Shown here: one piece after another, positions 1 to 11,240 of the stretch | How the letters are laid out: every line of letters starts with the position of its first letter | How positions within the stretch are numbered: position 1 is the first letter of the stretch | Origin: a virus | Lineage: Duplodnaviria; Caudoviricetes | Length of the DNA stretch: 52,989 bases | Strand: one strand, 5' to 3' | IMG/VR virus record: IMGVR_UViG_3300003321_000545 | Span: 1 to 52,989 of that record | Translations under genes and position numbers: made by a program | The notes under the pieces: model-generated | The model's input: the letters and a program-made list of their open reading frames with translations, nothing else | Database searches by the model: none | What the model was told of the DNA's origin: nothing

Positions 1-39
1 CAAAATCCAGCTAATCCCCTTAAAATTAGGACAGCATAA
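1..39 (+). CDS. groEL: Probable C-terminal end of GroEL (QNPANPLKIRTA*) across the circular junction
   Basis: 51391-52989 is exactly 533 open codons; continuing at base 1 adds 12 codons then TAA, giving 545 aa, a normal GroEL length. Confidence 0.6.
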   Translation, partial: QNPANPLKIRTA

Positions 40-106
40 GTATATACAAATTATTTAAAATTATATCTATTATCTTAATATAAGATATGATATGATTAAT
101 CAACTC

Positions 107-216
107 GTAACATAATCAATATGTTACTTCGATCCCTTCGGGCTGGTCGTTTATGGATATTAGGTGCAAAGGTTCCTACTATTCTTCTCGCTTCGAGCGT
201 TAATCCTTTACCTACA
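107..216 (+). promoter_or_regulatory. Structured leader of the head operon
   Basis: GTAACAT-N7-ATGTTAC inverted repeat, CGATC-CC-TTCG-GG-CT-GGTCG hairpin, TAGG/CCTA and CGCT/AGCG stems. Confidence 0.4.
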
Positions 217-248
217 ATTTAATATTAACTTTTTTTAGGAGTATAAAC

Positions 249-830
249 ATGACTTATGGCGTAAATGCGCCTCTGGGTCTAGTTCCTTATAATACTATTT
301 TAGGTGCGCCGTGGACAGGAGCAGTAACAGAAATTCCTTTGACCACAGCTTACGGAACTTCCCTTTTTAGAGGTGACCTTGTTACTTTCACAAATGGTTT
401 AATCGTTCGTTATACAGCTGGTGGAAATGCACCGGTTGGTGTTGTTATTGGATTTAGATATACAGATTCAACTGGATTCACTCAGTTTACTATGTACTGG
501 CCAGCAAACACTGCTGTTCTTGCAGGTACAACTCCAGTTGTTATCGTAACTCAAGATCCAAACGTTGTATTTGATATTCAGGTAAGCAACGTTGTTACAA
601 CTGCAAACATTGACAAGAATGCAGATGTTACTTTTGCAACTGCTGGAAATACATCAACTGGTTTATCTGGCATGATGCTTGATACAACGACTATTGCTAC
701 AACTAATACACTTCCATTACATATCTTAGGATTTACACCTGTTCCAGGTAACGTAACAGGCGTTCAGTATGCAAACGTATTAGTTAAATTGAACAATACT
801 GTCCTCAATACAGGCGCAACTGGAGTATAA
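249..830 (+). CDS. Head structural (decoration/cement-like) protein
   Basis: RBS AGGAG; T/G/V-rich beta protein directly before the major capsid gene. Confidence 0.6.
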   Translation: MTYGVNAPLGLVPYNTILGAPWTGAVTEIPLTTAYGTSLFRGDLVTFTNGLIVRYTAGGNAPVGVVIGFRYTDSTGFTQFTMYWPANTAVLAGTTPVVIVTQDPNVVFDIQVSNVVTTANIDKNADVTFATAGNTSTGLSGMMLDTTTIATTNTLPLHILGFTPVPGNVTGVQYANVLVKLNNTVLNTGATGV

Positions 831-835
831 GAACG

Positions 836-1747
836 ATGTCTATTATTACATTACAATCAATACAGAATCTTCTCAGACCAGGCTTGGCAGCTGTTTTTGG
901 AGATTACAATGTCTATCCAGATCAATGGAAAGAAATCTTTATGCAACACGTTTCTGATAAGGCTTTCGAGCTTGAAGAAGAAATGAGATTGCTACCTGTC
1001 GCCCAATATAAGGCAGATGGTGGTCCAGTTGCATACGGTGATATGGCGCAGATTTACCAAACATCTTATGTACATAAGAACTTTGGTATCGGTTTCCAAA
1101 TTACTGCAAACGCGATTCGAGATAACCTTTATAAAGATCAATGGCCAAAAGCTTCTGAAGCTGGTAAAGATTCTATGCGTCAAGCAAAGAACATTAATGG
1201 TGCATCCGTTATCAATAATGGATTCTCAACAAGTTTTCCAGTATCAGATGGTCAACCATTGTTCGCAACAGCTCACCCTGTTGTAGGTGCTACATCTTCT
1301 AACTCTTTTGCATTACCTACACAATTGAATGAAACATCATTGCAAGATGCATATGTAACGATTCAGCAAATGCTCAGTGCAGCTGCTCTACGCGTATCCT
1401 ATCGTGCAACAAAATTGATTGTTCCACCTCAATTGCAATTTACATGTGAACGATTGCTTGAATCTAAATTCCGCACTTCAACTGCTGATAACGATATCAA
1501 TGCTATCTATAACATGAGCGGTGTACCGCAAGGCTATGCAGTTAACATGTTTTTAACAAATCCAAATCAATGGACAATGTTGACAACATGTAACGAAGGA
1601 AATGGATTTAAATACTACGAACGTGATCCTCTAACAATTGACATGTTTACCGACACAACAACACGTAACCTTCAAGTTAACTTTGTTGAACGATATTCAT
1701 TTGGTTGTTCAAACTGGCGTGCTGGTTTTGGTTCACAAGGAGCATAA
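836..1747 (+). CDS. Major capsid protein (HK97-fold, Mu gpT-like family)
   Basis: LRPGLAAVFG...W.EIF...GFQIT...DNLY...DGQPLF..AHP...LIVPPQL...ERYSFG..NWR motifs recalled from this capsid family. Confidence 0.85.
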   Translation: MSIITLQSIQNLLRPGLAAVFGDYNVYPDQWKEIFMQHVSDKAFELEEEMRLLPVAQYKADGGPVAYGDMAQIYQTSYVHKNFGIGFQITANAIRDNLYKDQWPKASEAGKDSMRQAKNINGASVINNGFSTSFPVSDGQPLFATAHPVVGATSSNSFALPTQLNETSLQDAYVTIQQMLSAAALRVSYRATKLIVPPQLQFTCERLLESKFRTSTADNDINAIYNMSGVPQGYAVNMFLTNPNQWTMLTTCNEGNGFKYYERDPLTIDMFTDTTTRNLQVNFVERYSFGCSNWRAGFGSQGA

Positions 1748-1750
1748 AAT

Positions 1751-3166
1751 ATGACGACTACCCTTCCTCCACAAGGGTCGCATTTTGAAGACGGTGTGCG
1801 TACAGGGCCTATATTCAATTCTGTTTTTTCTAACAGTGTGAATGTCTTTACGCCACCAGCTCAAACAGCGACACCGGCTGATACTCAGGCACCTGGTGTA
1901 TTTACAACACCAATGTCTATTTTAGATATAGTACCAACTTCTGTTAGTACTACATTGCTTGCAAATGGTGCCGCTATCGTAGGTGCTGGATACATAACAT
2001 TAACGACAACAAGTGTTAATGGGTTAACTGTATTGAGTTCTTATGCTGGGCTGACATCAGGTGCTAATAGTGGTCCTCTTTTGCAATTAGATTGTGCTCG
2101 TAATATCACCATAACAAGTACAGGTAACATTTCTAACAGAAATATTACTGTATTTGGTTGGGATATGTATGGAATGCCAGTTGTTGAACAAATAACAGGT
2201 CCAAACACTACTACAGTAAGTGGATTAAAAGCATTTTATGTTATCCAAGGTGTTTATTCTTCTGGAACAGCTGCAAACATAAGCATTGGTGTAGGCAATA
2301 AATTCGGATTACCTTATTTTTGCAAAAATGCCAACTATGTTGGTGTACCCATGTGGAACAATACAGCTGATCTTGGTTTAGTTGCAGGTACGCAAAGTGC
2401 TGCATTAGCTGCTGATCCTATTACAACAGGCGCAGCAGGTTCTAGCATTGTTTCTGTTACTGTTACATCAACAGCAGCATTATATAATGGTCAATTTGTA
2501 ACAATATCTGGAGCAACCACTACAGATGGTATCACAGCGGCACAGTTAAATATTACAGCTCCGATCACTATTGTAGATGCTACTCATTTCCAATATGTTG
2601 CTATGGGAAATGCTACAGCTGGAGGTGTCGCTGGAGGTGGTGCCGCTGTCCATTACACACCAAATACAATTGGTGTACGTGGCACGATTACAGTGGCTGA
2701 TCAGACTTCACCCGCAACTGCTACAACAGGTGATGTTCGGGGTACTTATACTCCAACAAGCAATGCTGATGGAACATCTAGACTAACCATTAATATGTAT
2801 AGTGCTAGTGGTGATACTCGTAAGTTCAATGATGCGCTTGCAGGATCTAGAATATTGGCTAGCAATCCTATCGCTACGACGAACACATCAGCGACAATCG
2901 TTGTAACTGCTCCTAACCATAATTTAACAACTGGTGAAAGTGTTACAATTACAGGATCTGCAACTGTTGCAACTGTAACTATAAACGGTACATGGACAAT
3001 TACCGTTGTCGATCAAAATTCCTTCTCATTTACAGCTTCAAGTGCAGCCAATGCCACAACAACTGGCGGTGGTACTGCTGTTACAATGACACCTTACCCA
3101 GGAAATTTGTATCAAACAGTTACATCAAGGTATGGATATTCTCAATATTCTGTAGCTTTGTTCTAA
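1751..3166 (+). CDS. Virion structural protein with two copies of a ~85-aa inserted beta domain
   Basis: Follows the capsid gene; LDCARN...GLKAF...ATATTGDVRGTY core. Confidence 0.65.
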   Translation: MTTTLPPQGSHFEDGVRTGPIFNSVFSNSVNVFTPPAQTATPADTQAPGVFTTPMSILDIVPTSVSTTLLANGAAIVGAGYITLTTTSVNGLTVLSSYAGLTSGANSGPLLQLDCARNITITSTGNISNRNITVFGWDMYGMPVVEQITGPNTTTVSGLKAFYVIQGVYSSGTAANISIGVGNKFGLPYFCKNANYVGVPMWNNTADLGLVAGTQSAALAADPITTGAAGSSIVSVTVTSTAALYNGQFVTISGATTTDGITAAQLNITAPITIVDATHFQYVAMGNATAGGVAGGGAAVHYTPNTIGVRGTITVADQTSPATATTGDVRGTYTPTSNADGTSRLTINMYSASGDTRKFNDALAGSRILASNPIATTNTSATIVVTAPNHNLTTGESVTITGSATVATVTINGTWTITVVDQNSFSFTASSAANATTTGGGTAVTMTPYPGNLYQTVTSRYGYSQYSVALF

Positions 3167-3181
3167 TAAGGATATATAGAT

Positions 3182-4105
3182 ATGGCAAGACCAATTACCA
3201 TGTATTTTGCGCCGTCTAATACAACGGCATTGTTGAGTACAACAGCCACTACAGGTGGCGCATCAACATCAATTGGTCTTACCAATCCTTATCCATACAT
3301 ATTTAATAATTTAGCACGTACAATTACTATTACATCCTCAGATAACGTTTCTGCTGTAAATATAACCATTACGGGAAAAGACATTTGGGGAAATACAATT
3401 TCTGAAACAAGAGTTGGACCTAACAACACAACTGTAACATCTACTAATCAATATAATCAAATTACAAATATTGCTTGTGATGCTGCTTTAACAAATTTCA
3501 GTTTTGGATCTGGGTCAACAGGCACATTTATATGGGCAAAATTAAATCAATTTAATAATTCAGCTTATACAACAATTCAAGCTGATGTGACAGGAACAAT
3601 CAATTATTCAGTTAATCAAACAGCAGATACATTTGATTATTTTCAAAACAATACGCTGATTCCTCAATATCAATATCCAAGAGCGACTCTTTTAGGAAAC
3701 AATCCAATTAATGTCGCAAATGCAAGCACAACAGCAACATTAACAGTTCCTTCAACTGTGGGATTACAAGTGGGTCAATTATTTTCTATACAAGGTGCTT
3801 CTGGTGCATCCGGATTAACAGCTGCCCAAACAAATGGAACATTTGCGATTGTATCAATTGCTAGTGCTACGACACTTACTTATATAGCTGTCGCAAATGG
3901 TAATGGTGTTGCTGGTGGTGGTGCACTTGCTTATTTATATGTTCCAAATTTACCAGTTTCTTATGCTGTCGTTGCTGCATTAACAGCTGCAACAACCAGT
4001 CAAATCTATAATTTGAATAGTGCTGCTTATGCATTGCAAGGAATTGTCAATTCTTCAACAAGTGGATCGTTATTATTAACCTATTTGCAACAGGGAGTTG
4101 TGTAA
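3182..4105 (+). CDS. Virion structural protein with one copy of the inserted beta domain
   Basis: N-terminal part resembles the previous ORF (ITITS..N...NIT..G.D..G....E...GPN.TTV). Confidence 0.6.
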   Translation: MARPITMYFAPSNTTALLSTTATTGGASTSIGLTNPYPYIFNNLARTITITSSDNVSAVNITITGKDIWGNTISETRVGPNNTTVTSTNQYNQITNIACDAALTNFSFGSGSTGTFIWAKLNQFNNSAYTTIQADVTGTINYSVNQTADTFDYFQNNTLIPQYQYPRATLLGNNPINVANASTTATLTVPSTVGLQVGQLFSIQGASGASGLTAAQTNGTFAIVSIASATTLTYIAVANGNGVAGGGALAYLYVPNLPVSYAVVAALTAATTSQIYNLNSAAYALQGIVNSSTSGSLLLTYLQQGVV

Positions 4106-4296
4106 TGGCCAATGATAAATTCATACAAAAAATGCATATGAAAAAAGGAGCATTACATAAACAACTAGGGATTCCTATGGGAAAGAAAATACCAGAAGGA
4201 AAATTGGAAAAAGCGACTCATAGTAAAAATCCAACTTTAAGGAAGAGAGCTGTTTTAGCTGAAACATTAAAAGGTTTGTCTAAGCGTAAGAAGTAA
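4105..4296 (+). CDS. Small basic conserved phage protein
   Basis: KFIQK...KKGALHKQLG....KKIP..KL...RAVLAETLK; translationally coupled. Confidence 0.65.
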   Translation: MANDKFIQKMHMKKGALHKQLGIPMGKKIPEGKLEKATHSKNPTLRKRAVLAETLKGLSKRKK

Positions 4297-4305
4297 GGAT
4301 ATGAA

Positions 4306-5358
4306 GTGGCTTATAGTCAAACATATAATTTTGGAACGACTACTACAGTTCAAGCTTTTATTGATGAAGCTTTTGAACTCTGTGGTAAACCAGGTTCTAT
4401 AATTGATGGTCTTGAAGTAACGTCCGCCATAAGATCTCTCAATTTTCTCCTATCTGAATGGGCAAATAAAGGTTTTAATCTTTTTACAATACAAAAATGT
4501 ATGATGCAGATTAATGTTGGGCAGCCTTCATATCTTATGCCTCCTTATACAGTCGAAATTCCAGAATGTACAGCGAGCAATAATACACGTGTATTAGGGG
4601 GAACAGCATTTTCAAGTGATGGCGGAACAGCTTCCAATGCATTTAATGGTAATCCAAATTCAGCATGTACGCAAAATGCGCCGGATGGATATATTTCTTA
4701 TACTTATCCAACAGGAACCACCCCTTCAATTTATTATGTAGGTGTTCAAAATAATACATCAGGTAATTATAATTTGGTGTTTGAATATTCATTTGATGGA
4801 AACACATGGATTAATGGAATGACCATTGGTCAACAATATTATCCCATTGGTCAAATTATATGGGCTGTCGTTCCTTCCCCAATCAATGCAAAAGCTGTAC
4901 GCATCCGAGAAACGGGGGGAGGCACATTAAATGTGCAACAAATATATTTTAGCATCCCAAATTATAGCCGGATTCTAACACCTATATCTCGATCTGAATG
5001 GACGTCATATCCAAATAAGCAAATACAAGCGACACCTTCTAGCTACTATTTTGATAGACAAATATCTCCAGTTCTTACTTTATGGCCTACTCCAGATAAT
5101 AGTTATCAAACACTTGTTTTTAATCGTTATCAACAAATTATGGATGTTACAGCCATGAATGAAAACATCCAAATTCCTCAAACGTTTATGAGAGCATGCT
5201 CATTAGCATTAGCATCCGAACTAGCCTATAAATTTGCGCCTGAGCGATATCCAGAATTAAATGCAAAGAAGGAAATAGCTTATATGGCTGCAAAAGTTGA
5301 AGATGTCGAGCATGTGCCATTACGTATTATGCCTAACCTTTATTATACGGGGTATTGA
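4306..5358 (+). CDS. Head-tail adaptor-like protein with internal discoidin/carbohydrate-binding-like insertion
   Basis: IDEAFELCG..AIRSLNFLLSEWAN N-terminus and ISRSEW..YPNK...PSSYYFDRQ..LTLWPTPD C-terminus; NAFNGN-type insert. Confidence 0.6.
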   Translation: MAYSQTYNFGTTTTVQAFIDEAFELCGKPGSIIDGLEVTSAIRSLNFLLSEWANKGFNLFTIQKCMMQINVGQPSYLMPPYTVEIPECTASNNTRVLGGTAFSSDGGTASNAFNGNPNSACTQNAPDGYISYTYPTGTTPSIYYVGVQNNTSGNYNLVFEYSFDGNTWINGMTIGQQYYPIGQIIWAVVPSPINAKAVRIRETGGGTLNVQQIYFSIPNYSRILTPISRSEWTSYPNKQIQATPSSYYFDRQISPVLTLWPTPDNSYQTLVFNRYQQIMDVTAMNENIQIPQTFMRACSLALASELAYKFAPERYPELNAKKEIAYMAAKVEDVEHVPLRIMPNLYYTGY

Positions 5359-5723
5359 TGCTTAAAAAAGGCAAATTTATGGATATTCGACCTAATAATC
5401 CAGATGCACTTGGGAGGTGCGATCGATCTGGATTAACTGGTAATTATTCTGATCTTGTTAAGCAAATGGATTATCGTGGATCTGGTCTTGTTTGGACCGG
5501 TCTTTATGTAAATAAAAATTTTTTAGATGTTCCCAATCCGCAAGGATTAAATCCTGTAATTAAATTAGATCCTGTTCCTGTAGATCATCCAAGACCATGG
5601 TATACCCCTCCAAATGATAGTTGGTATGCCCAAAGTAATACATGGTCTACAATTAATTACACAACATGGGCTGCATGGGGTGATTGGAACGATCAACCTC
5701 CTGAACCATTAGGAGGGAATTAA
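5355..5723 (+). CDS. Conserved virion morphogenesis protein
   Basis: ALGRCDRSG...TGLYV...D.PNPQ...DPVPV..PRP. Confidence 0.55.
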   Translation: MMLKKGKFMDIRPNNPDALGRCDRSGLTGNYSDLVKQMDYRGSGLVWTGLYVNKNFLDVPNPQGLNPVIKLDPVPVDHPRPWYTPPNDSWYAQSNTWSTINYTTWAAWGDWNDQPPEPLGGN

Positions 5724-7696
5724 TGGCCGGTCCTTCTATTGCAAATCAAACACCCGCAGAAGTATTTACTAATTTATTATTAGCTGGAGATAATGGACAA
5801 GGAATTTCAACCACTCCTTTGCAATTACAAGATGGAATTGGTAACCAAGCTCCTATGTATATTGCAACGAATGCAATTAATTTTGATCGTGTTCAAGGAC
5901 AGTTTCAATTAGATGGTGTGGCTTTAACGGCATCTGCTAATACACTCAATAATTTATCAAATTTTGCAAATGCTCAATATGTCGTTATGGCTCCAAATGT
6001 TGAATTGCCAAGTGCTTTTCAATTATTGTCTACCAATGGAATTGATCTTAATACAGGTGCAGGTACTGTAACGATTCGTCCAACACCTGGATCTGAATTG
6101 GCTGGTATACAAGCATTAGGAACTACCGGGATTATGGTAAGGGATGCGGCTGGAACTTATACAACAGTTGACCTTGCAACCAATGCAACTCTTCTACTCA
6201 GCAATGCAAGTGGCGTTGGAGGTAACCCAACTTTAAGTGTTATTAACGATACAAATTTACAGCGCATTAATGTTCAAAATAATGGTGTTTTTCAATCCCA
6301 AAAATCACAAATAAATTTTATACCAGGTGCAAATACTGGAATAACTGTTCAAGATAACCCCGGACAAAATCGTACAGATGTCTTTATCGAAGCATCCGCA
6401 ATTAATACATTCTTTGTTAAAGCATCTTGTCAAGCAGCAACTACAGCTAATTTAAATGCAGTATATAATAATGGTGCATCTGGTGTAGGGGCTACTCTTA
6501 CTAATAATGGTGCATTAGCTGCATTCGCAGTTGATGGTTATAATGCTAATTTAAATGATAGAATATTAGTTAAAAATCAAACGACAACTGCAGAGAATGG
6601 TATTTATGATGTTACGACTATTGGAAGTGGTGCCGCTGCATGGGTATTAACAAGAGCATCTGACTTTAATTCTTCGTCTACTATCCAAGCTGGTGATTTT
6701 ACAAATATTATCAATGGTACAGTTAATACAAATACAGCCTGGTTAGAAGTTGATAATGTTAATACCGTTGGTACTGATCCTATTGTATGGGAGCAATTTG
6801 GGTTTGGAGGATCAGTCACAAGTGTTTCAGGAACAGCTGGACAAATTGATGTTGTCAATGGAACAACAACTCCCGTTATTTCTATAGATCCTGCATATAT
6901 AGGACAAGCATCTATAACCACATTGGGAACAATAACCACAGGTACATGGCATGGATCTATTATTGATCTTTCACATGGTGGTACTAATGCAAATTTAGTG
7001 GCTTCAAATGGTGGTATTGTTTATTCAAATGCCACTCAAATGCAAGTTTTAGCTGGGACAGCGACAGCAAATCAAATTATTTTATCAGGATCTAATGCAG
7101 CACCTTCATGGTCCACAGCTACGTATCCTGCAACTGTGAATGCTAATGATGCCTTATATGCTAATGGTGCAAATACAATTACACATGGGACGCTTCCTGT
7201 TCCATCAGGCGGCACAGGTAACACAACATTTACAGCTTATTCAGTTATATGTGCCGGCACAACTGCTACTGGAGTTTTTCAAAATGTAGTTGGAGTTGGT
7301 ACAGCTGGACAAGTTTTAACATCCAATGGCGCGGCGGCTTTACCTACTTGGAATACACCTTCTGAAGGAACTATTGTCAATCAGAATACAAATACTGTCA
7401 CCATGGCAGCTGGTTCACAATATTTTATTAATAATGGTGCAACTCTCGTTACCTTAACATTACCTGCTTTAGCAGCTCAAGGAGATGCGTTTACTATTAT
7501 AGGTAGCTCTGCTGGAGGGTGGACAATCGCTCAACAAGCAGGCCAAACAATTAATATAAATTCATCTGCATCTACGACTGGTGTAGGTGGAAGTGTTTCT
7601 TCAACAAATCAATATAACTGCATTGTATTACGATGTGTAGTTGCAAATACTACATTCGTTGTTTCATACGGTTCAGGTTCATTTACGGTGGTATAG
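5723..7696 (+). CDS. Tail fibre-like protein
   Basis: DRILVKNQT...ENGIY.V...WVLTRASD domain plus G/T/A fibre repeats. Confidence 0.75.
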   Translation: MAGPSIANQTPAEVFTNLLLAGDNGQGISTTPLQLQDGIGNQAPMYIATNAINFDRVQGQFQLDGVALTASANTLNNLSNFANAQYVVMAPNVELPSAFQLLSTNGIDLNTGAGTVTIRPTPGSELAGIQALGTTGIMVRDAAGTYTTVDLATNATLLLSNASGVGGNPTLSVINDTNLQRINVQNNGVFQSQKSQINFIPGANTGITVQDNPGQNRTDVFIEASAINTFFVKASCQAATTANLNAVYNNGASGVGATLTNNGALAAFAVDGYNANLNDRILVKNQTTTAENGIYDVTTIGSGAAAWVLTRASDFNSSSTIQAGDFTNIINGTVNTNTAWLEVDNVNTVGTDPIVWEQFGFGGSVTSVSGTAGQIDVVNGTTTPVISIDPAYIGQASITTLGTITTGTWHGSIIDLSHGGTNANLVASNGGIVYSNATQMQVLAGTATANQIILSGSNAAPSWSTATYPATVNANDALYANGANTITHGTLPVPSGGTGNTTFTAYSVICAGTTATGVFQNVVGVGTAGQVLTSNGAAALPTWNTPSEGTIVNQNTNTVTMAAGSQYFINNGATLVTLTLPALAAQGDAFTIIGSSAGGWTIAQQAGQTININSSASTTGVGGSVSSTNQYNCIVLRCVVANTTFVVSYGSGSFTVV

Positions 7697-7697
7697 G

Positions 7698-9218
7698 ATG
7701 ACGACATCAACAGTAATTGATATAGGTGGTACAACAATTACAACGTTAGGTATTATCACAACCGGAACATGGCAAGCAACTCCAGTTGCTCTAGCCTACG
7801 GTGGAACTAATGCAAATCTGGTCGCATCTAATGGTGGTATATTTTATTCAACAGGTTCAGCTGGTGCTATCCTTGCTGGAACTGCAACTGCGAATCAATT
7901 ACTAGTTTCTGGAGCATCAGCTGCGCCTTCTTGGACATCATCAACTTTTCCAACTACAAATGCGCAAGGCGATCTAATTTATGGAAGTGCATCTAATGTA
8001 TTAAGTACACTAGCTAAAAATACAACTGCGACACGGTATTTAGCAAATACTGGAACTTCAAATAATCCAGCATGGGACCAGGTTAATTTAGCTAATGGCG
8101 TGACAGGAAATTTATCCGTTAATAACCTGAACTCAGGAACAAGTGCATCTAATACGACATTCTGGAGAGGGGATGGTACTTGGGCGACTCCAACCGGTAC
8201 TGGAGTTACAAGTGTTTCTGGTACATTAAATCAAATTGATGTGGCTAACGGTACAACGACAGCTGTTGTTTCTATATCAGCAACTTATGTTGGACAAACA
8301 TCTATTATTACTTTGGGAACGATAACAACTGGTACTTGGAATGGTACAGTTATTGATTTGTCACATGGGGGAACGAATGCAAATCTAACTGCCTCAAATG
8401 GTGGTATATTTTATTCTACTGCAAGCGCAGGTGCAATATTATCAGGAACAGCAACCGCCAACCAAGTATTGCTTTCAGGTTCTAGTGCAGCTCCAGCATG
8501 GTCAACTGCAACTTATCCTGCCACTACAACTATAAATCAACTTCTCTATTCCTCAGCTGCAAATACAATAGTTGGGTTATCAACTGCAAATAGTGCAACA
8601 TTAATCACAAGTGCTGGTGGTGTTCCATCACTTAGCCAAACGCTTCCCTCTGCTGTTCAAGGAAATATAACTACACTTGGTACAATTACAACCGGTGTTT
8701 GGAATGGAACAGCTGTAGATGTAGCTCATGGTGGTACAGGTAACACAACATTTACAGCTTATTCAGTTATATGTGCTGGAACAACTGCTACAGGTGTTTT
8801 TCAAAATGTATCAGGTGTTGGTTCTGCTGGGCAGGTTTTAACATCAGCTGGAGCAAGTGCATTACCAGTATGGTCCAATCCATCTGGAGGTATTGTTGTC
8901 AATCAAAATTCAAGTTCTGTTACTATGGTTGCCTTTAATCAATATTTTATTAATAACGGCGCATCTCTTGTCACACTAACTCTCCCTACTAGTGCTGCCG
9001 TAGGAGATACATTTTATATCATAGGTCAATCAAGTGGAGGCTGGAAAGTCGCACAGAATGCGAGCCAAGTAATACATTTTGATGGAACCGCTACCACAAC
9101 AGGAACGGGAGGAAGTCTACAAACTACTGCTCAATATCAAAATATAACTATTAAATGCATCATAGCAAATACGACCTTTACCGTATTTGATTGTGTTGGC
9201 TCAATTACAGTCGTATGA
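7698..9218 (+). CDS. Tail fibre-like protein (start moved to ATG 7698)
   Basis: Three ITTLG.ITTG.W..GGT modules; FWRGDGTW; C-terminal domain homologous to the previous ORF. Confidence 0.75.
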   Translation: MTTSTVIDIGGTTITTLGIITTGTWQATPVALAYGGTNANLVASNGGIFYSTGSAGAILAGTATANQLLVSGASAAPSWTSSTFPTTNAQGDLIYGSASNVLSTLAKNTTATRYLANTGTSNNPAWDQVNLANGVTGNLSVNNLNSGTSASNTTFWRGDGTWATPTGTGVTSVSGTLNQIDVANGTTTAVVSISATYVGQTSIITLGTITTGTWNGTVIDLSHGGTNANLTASNGGIFYSTASAGAILSGTATANQVLLSGSSAAPAWSTATYPATTTINQLLYSSAANTIVGLSTANSATLITSAGGVPSLSQTLPSAVQGNITTLGTITTGVWNGTAVDVAHGGTGNTTFTAYSVICAGTTATGVFQNVSGVGSAGQVLTSAGASALPVWSNPSGGIVVNQNSSSVTMVAFNQYFINNGASLVTLTLPTSAAVGDTFYIIGQSSGGWKVAQNASQVIHFDGTATTTGTGGSLQTTAQYQNITIKCIIANTTFTVFDCVGSITVV

Positions 9219-9228
9219 GGAAAAATAG

Positions 9229-10209
9229 ATGACTACAAATACATCTGCTGGTGTTGGTTCAAGTTCAATAACAACTCTCGGCACAATTACGACAGGAGTT
9301 TGGAATGGTACCATTATTGATCTTTCTCATGGTGGCAGCAATGCAAACTTGACTGCCTCTAACGGAGGTATTGTTTATTCCACTGCAAGTGCCATGGCTA
9401 TTTTATCTGGTACAGCGACAGCAAATCAGGTACTTCTATCGGGATCGTCAACAACTCCAGCATGGTCCACAGCAACTTATCCTGCAACGACAACTGCAAA
9501 TCAACTTCTTTATTCTTCTGCTACGAATACAGTTGGGGGATTATCATCAGCTAATAGTGCAGTTTTAGTTACTAATTCATCTGGTGTTCCGGCATTTTCA
9601 GGAACAATGACAAATGGTCAATTGATTATAGGTAGCACTAGTGGAACTCCCACAGCTGCAACATTAACACAAGGTTCAGGGGTTACCATTACCAATGGCG
9701 CAGGAACCATTACTATTGCTGCTACTGGAGGAGGAGGAGGTTGGGTTCAAAGTGTTCAAACAAATTTAACCACCGTTAATAACACTTCTGTTACAGGTGG
9801 TTCTTGGTCAGACATTCCAGGAATGTCTGTTTCCATTACTCCTGGATCTTCATCTAATAAAGTTATGATATTAGCACATATTACATCTGGTACAGATTTT
9901 TCTACTACCAGTATTGGATATTTTAGATTAGTAAGAGGTTCAACAGCTATTGATGTGAGCTCTGCTCCTCAATCAAACCAACTTGCAGCTACTGGATTTT
10001 TAGAATCTAATACCTCTACAAGTTATACAACTACAACTGCTATTACCTTTATAGATTCTCCTGCTACAACATCATCTACAACATATAAATTACAATATAC
10101 GGGTTTTACTACATGTACAATGTACATCAATAGAACGGCTGCTGATACTAACTCCAATACCAATTCAAGATATGCATCAACAATTATTGCTGTAGAAATT
10201 TCGACTTAA
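9229..10209 (+). CDS. Tail fibre/spike protein with C-terminal receptor-binding-like domain
   Basis: Shared fibre module, then SVSITP.SSSNK.MI...DSPATTS.TTYKLQ...EI. Confidence 0.7.
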   Translation: MTTNTSAGVGSSSITTLGTITTGVWNGTIIDLSHGGSNANLTASNGGIVYSTASAMAILSGTATANQVLLSGSSTTPAWSTATYPATTTANQLLYSSATNTVGGLSSANSAVLVTNSSGVPAFSGTMTNGQLIIGSTSGTPTAATLTQGSGVTITNGAGTITIAATGGGGGWVQSVQTNLTTVNNTSVTGGSWSDIPGMSVSITPGSSSNKVMILAHITSGTDFSTTSIGYFRLVRGSTAIDVSSAPQSNQLAATGFLESNTSTSYTTTTAITFIDSPATTSSTTYKLQYTGFTTCTMYINRTAADTNSNTNSRYASTIIAVEIST

Positions 10210-10221
10210 TGGAGATGATAT

Positions 10222-10596
10222 ATGAAACCATTTAAAAAAGAAGATGTCAAAGTAACATATTTTGAAAGATGCCTATACATCTATGGGGAATTACCAGGCT
10301 TAGCATATCAGCATTTTAAAGATGATGGTACACCTTGGGATGATCCTTATGATGGGTTATTTTGGTCAAATGAAGAGCATGAAAAACCTTCAAAAGAAGT
10401 ATTAGATGCATTAGATGAAAATGAGGTTCGCGAAAAAGAATATAATCGTCGTGAATTGTGTCGAAAACAGTTTAGAAATGAAAAAGCTGCATCAGATCAT
10501 TCAATTTTAGCTGCGTTAGATATTAGAAATAAAGATAACAAAAAATCTATATCACTTTCTGATTATTTAGATGAATTAGAACAAAAATATAGGTGA
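10222..10596 (+). CDS. Putative tail fibre assembly protein
   Basis: Follows fibre gene; Y.GL.W......KPS.E motif. Confidence 0.45.
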   Translation: MKPFKKEDVKVTYFERCLYIYGELPGLAYQHFKDDGTPWDDPYDGLFWSNEEHEKPSKEVLDALDENEVREKEYNRRELCRKQFRNEKAASDHSILAALDIRNKDNKKSISLSDYLDELEQKYR

Positions 10597-10599
10597 TAT

Positions 10600-11238
10600 A
10601 TGGCTTTTATCCTTACATATGACACTCTAAAAGAACAAATCAAAGCATATCTTGAGCGTGATGATAGTGTTATTTCATCTAGCTTTGATACATGGGTTAA
10701 ATTTGCACACGATAGAATATCTCGTGATTCCAATACGCAATTGTTTGAAGTGTATGTATCTAACAATTTTCAAGCTGGTAATCCAGTCATTCCAAAACCA
10801 GCTAGATGGTTAAATACGGTTACATTTAACTTTGGTACAGGAACCAATAACAATACAAGAAATCAGCTTCTTTTACGTTCCTATGAATATTGTCGTATGT
10901 ATTGGCCAGATGATTCACAAACAGATGTTCCATTATTCTTTTCTGATTATGGTTTTAATAATATATTAATTGCTCCCACACCCGATCAAGATTATCCATT
11001 TGAATTTGGTTATTTAGAAGTTCCTCAAATTATAGATTCCAATTTCCAAACAAATTATCTGACAGAATTTATGCCAGAAGTGCTTCTTAAAGCAGTTCTT
11101 TTAGAATCAATGTTAGAACTAAAAAATGATGAAAGAATGGCTGCGGTAGAGGCCGAATATGTAAAGGCTATATCTTCTTGGAATGCTAAAAACGAACTTC
11201 GTAAAATTGACAGATATACATCAAGAAAGGCGGATTAA
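10600..11238 (+). CDS. Head-tail connector/tail tubular protein A-like
   Basis: TYDTLKEQIKAYLER...IAPTPDQDY...TNYL....PEVLL. Confidence 0.65.
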   Translation: MAFILTYDTLKEQIKAYLERDDSVISSSFDTWVKFAHDRISRDSNTQLFEVYVSNNFQAGNPVIPKPARWLNTVTFNFGTGTNNNTRNQLLLRSYEYCRMYWPDDSQTDVPLFFSDYGFNNILIAPTPDQDYPFEFGYLEVPQIIDSNFQTNYLTEFMPEVLLKAVLLESMLELKNDERMAAVEAEYVKAISSWNAKNELRKIDRYTSRKAD

Positions 11239-11240
11239 TT

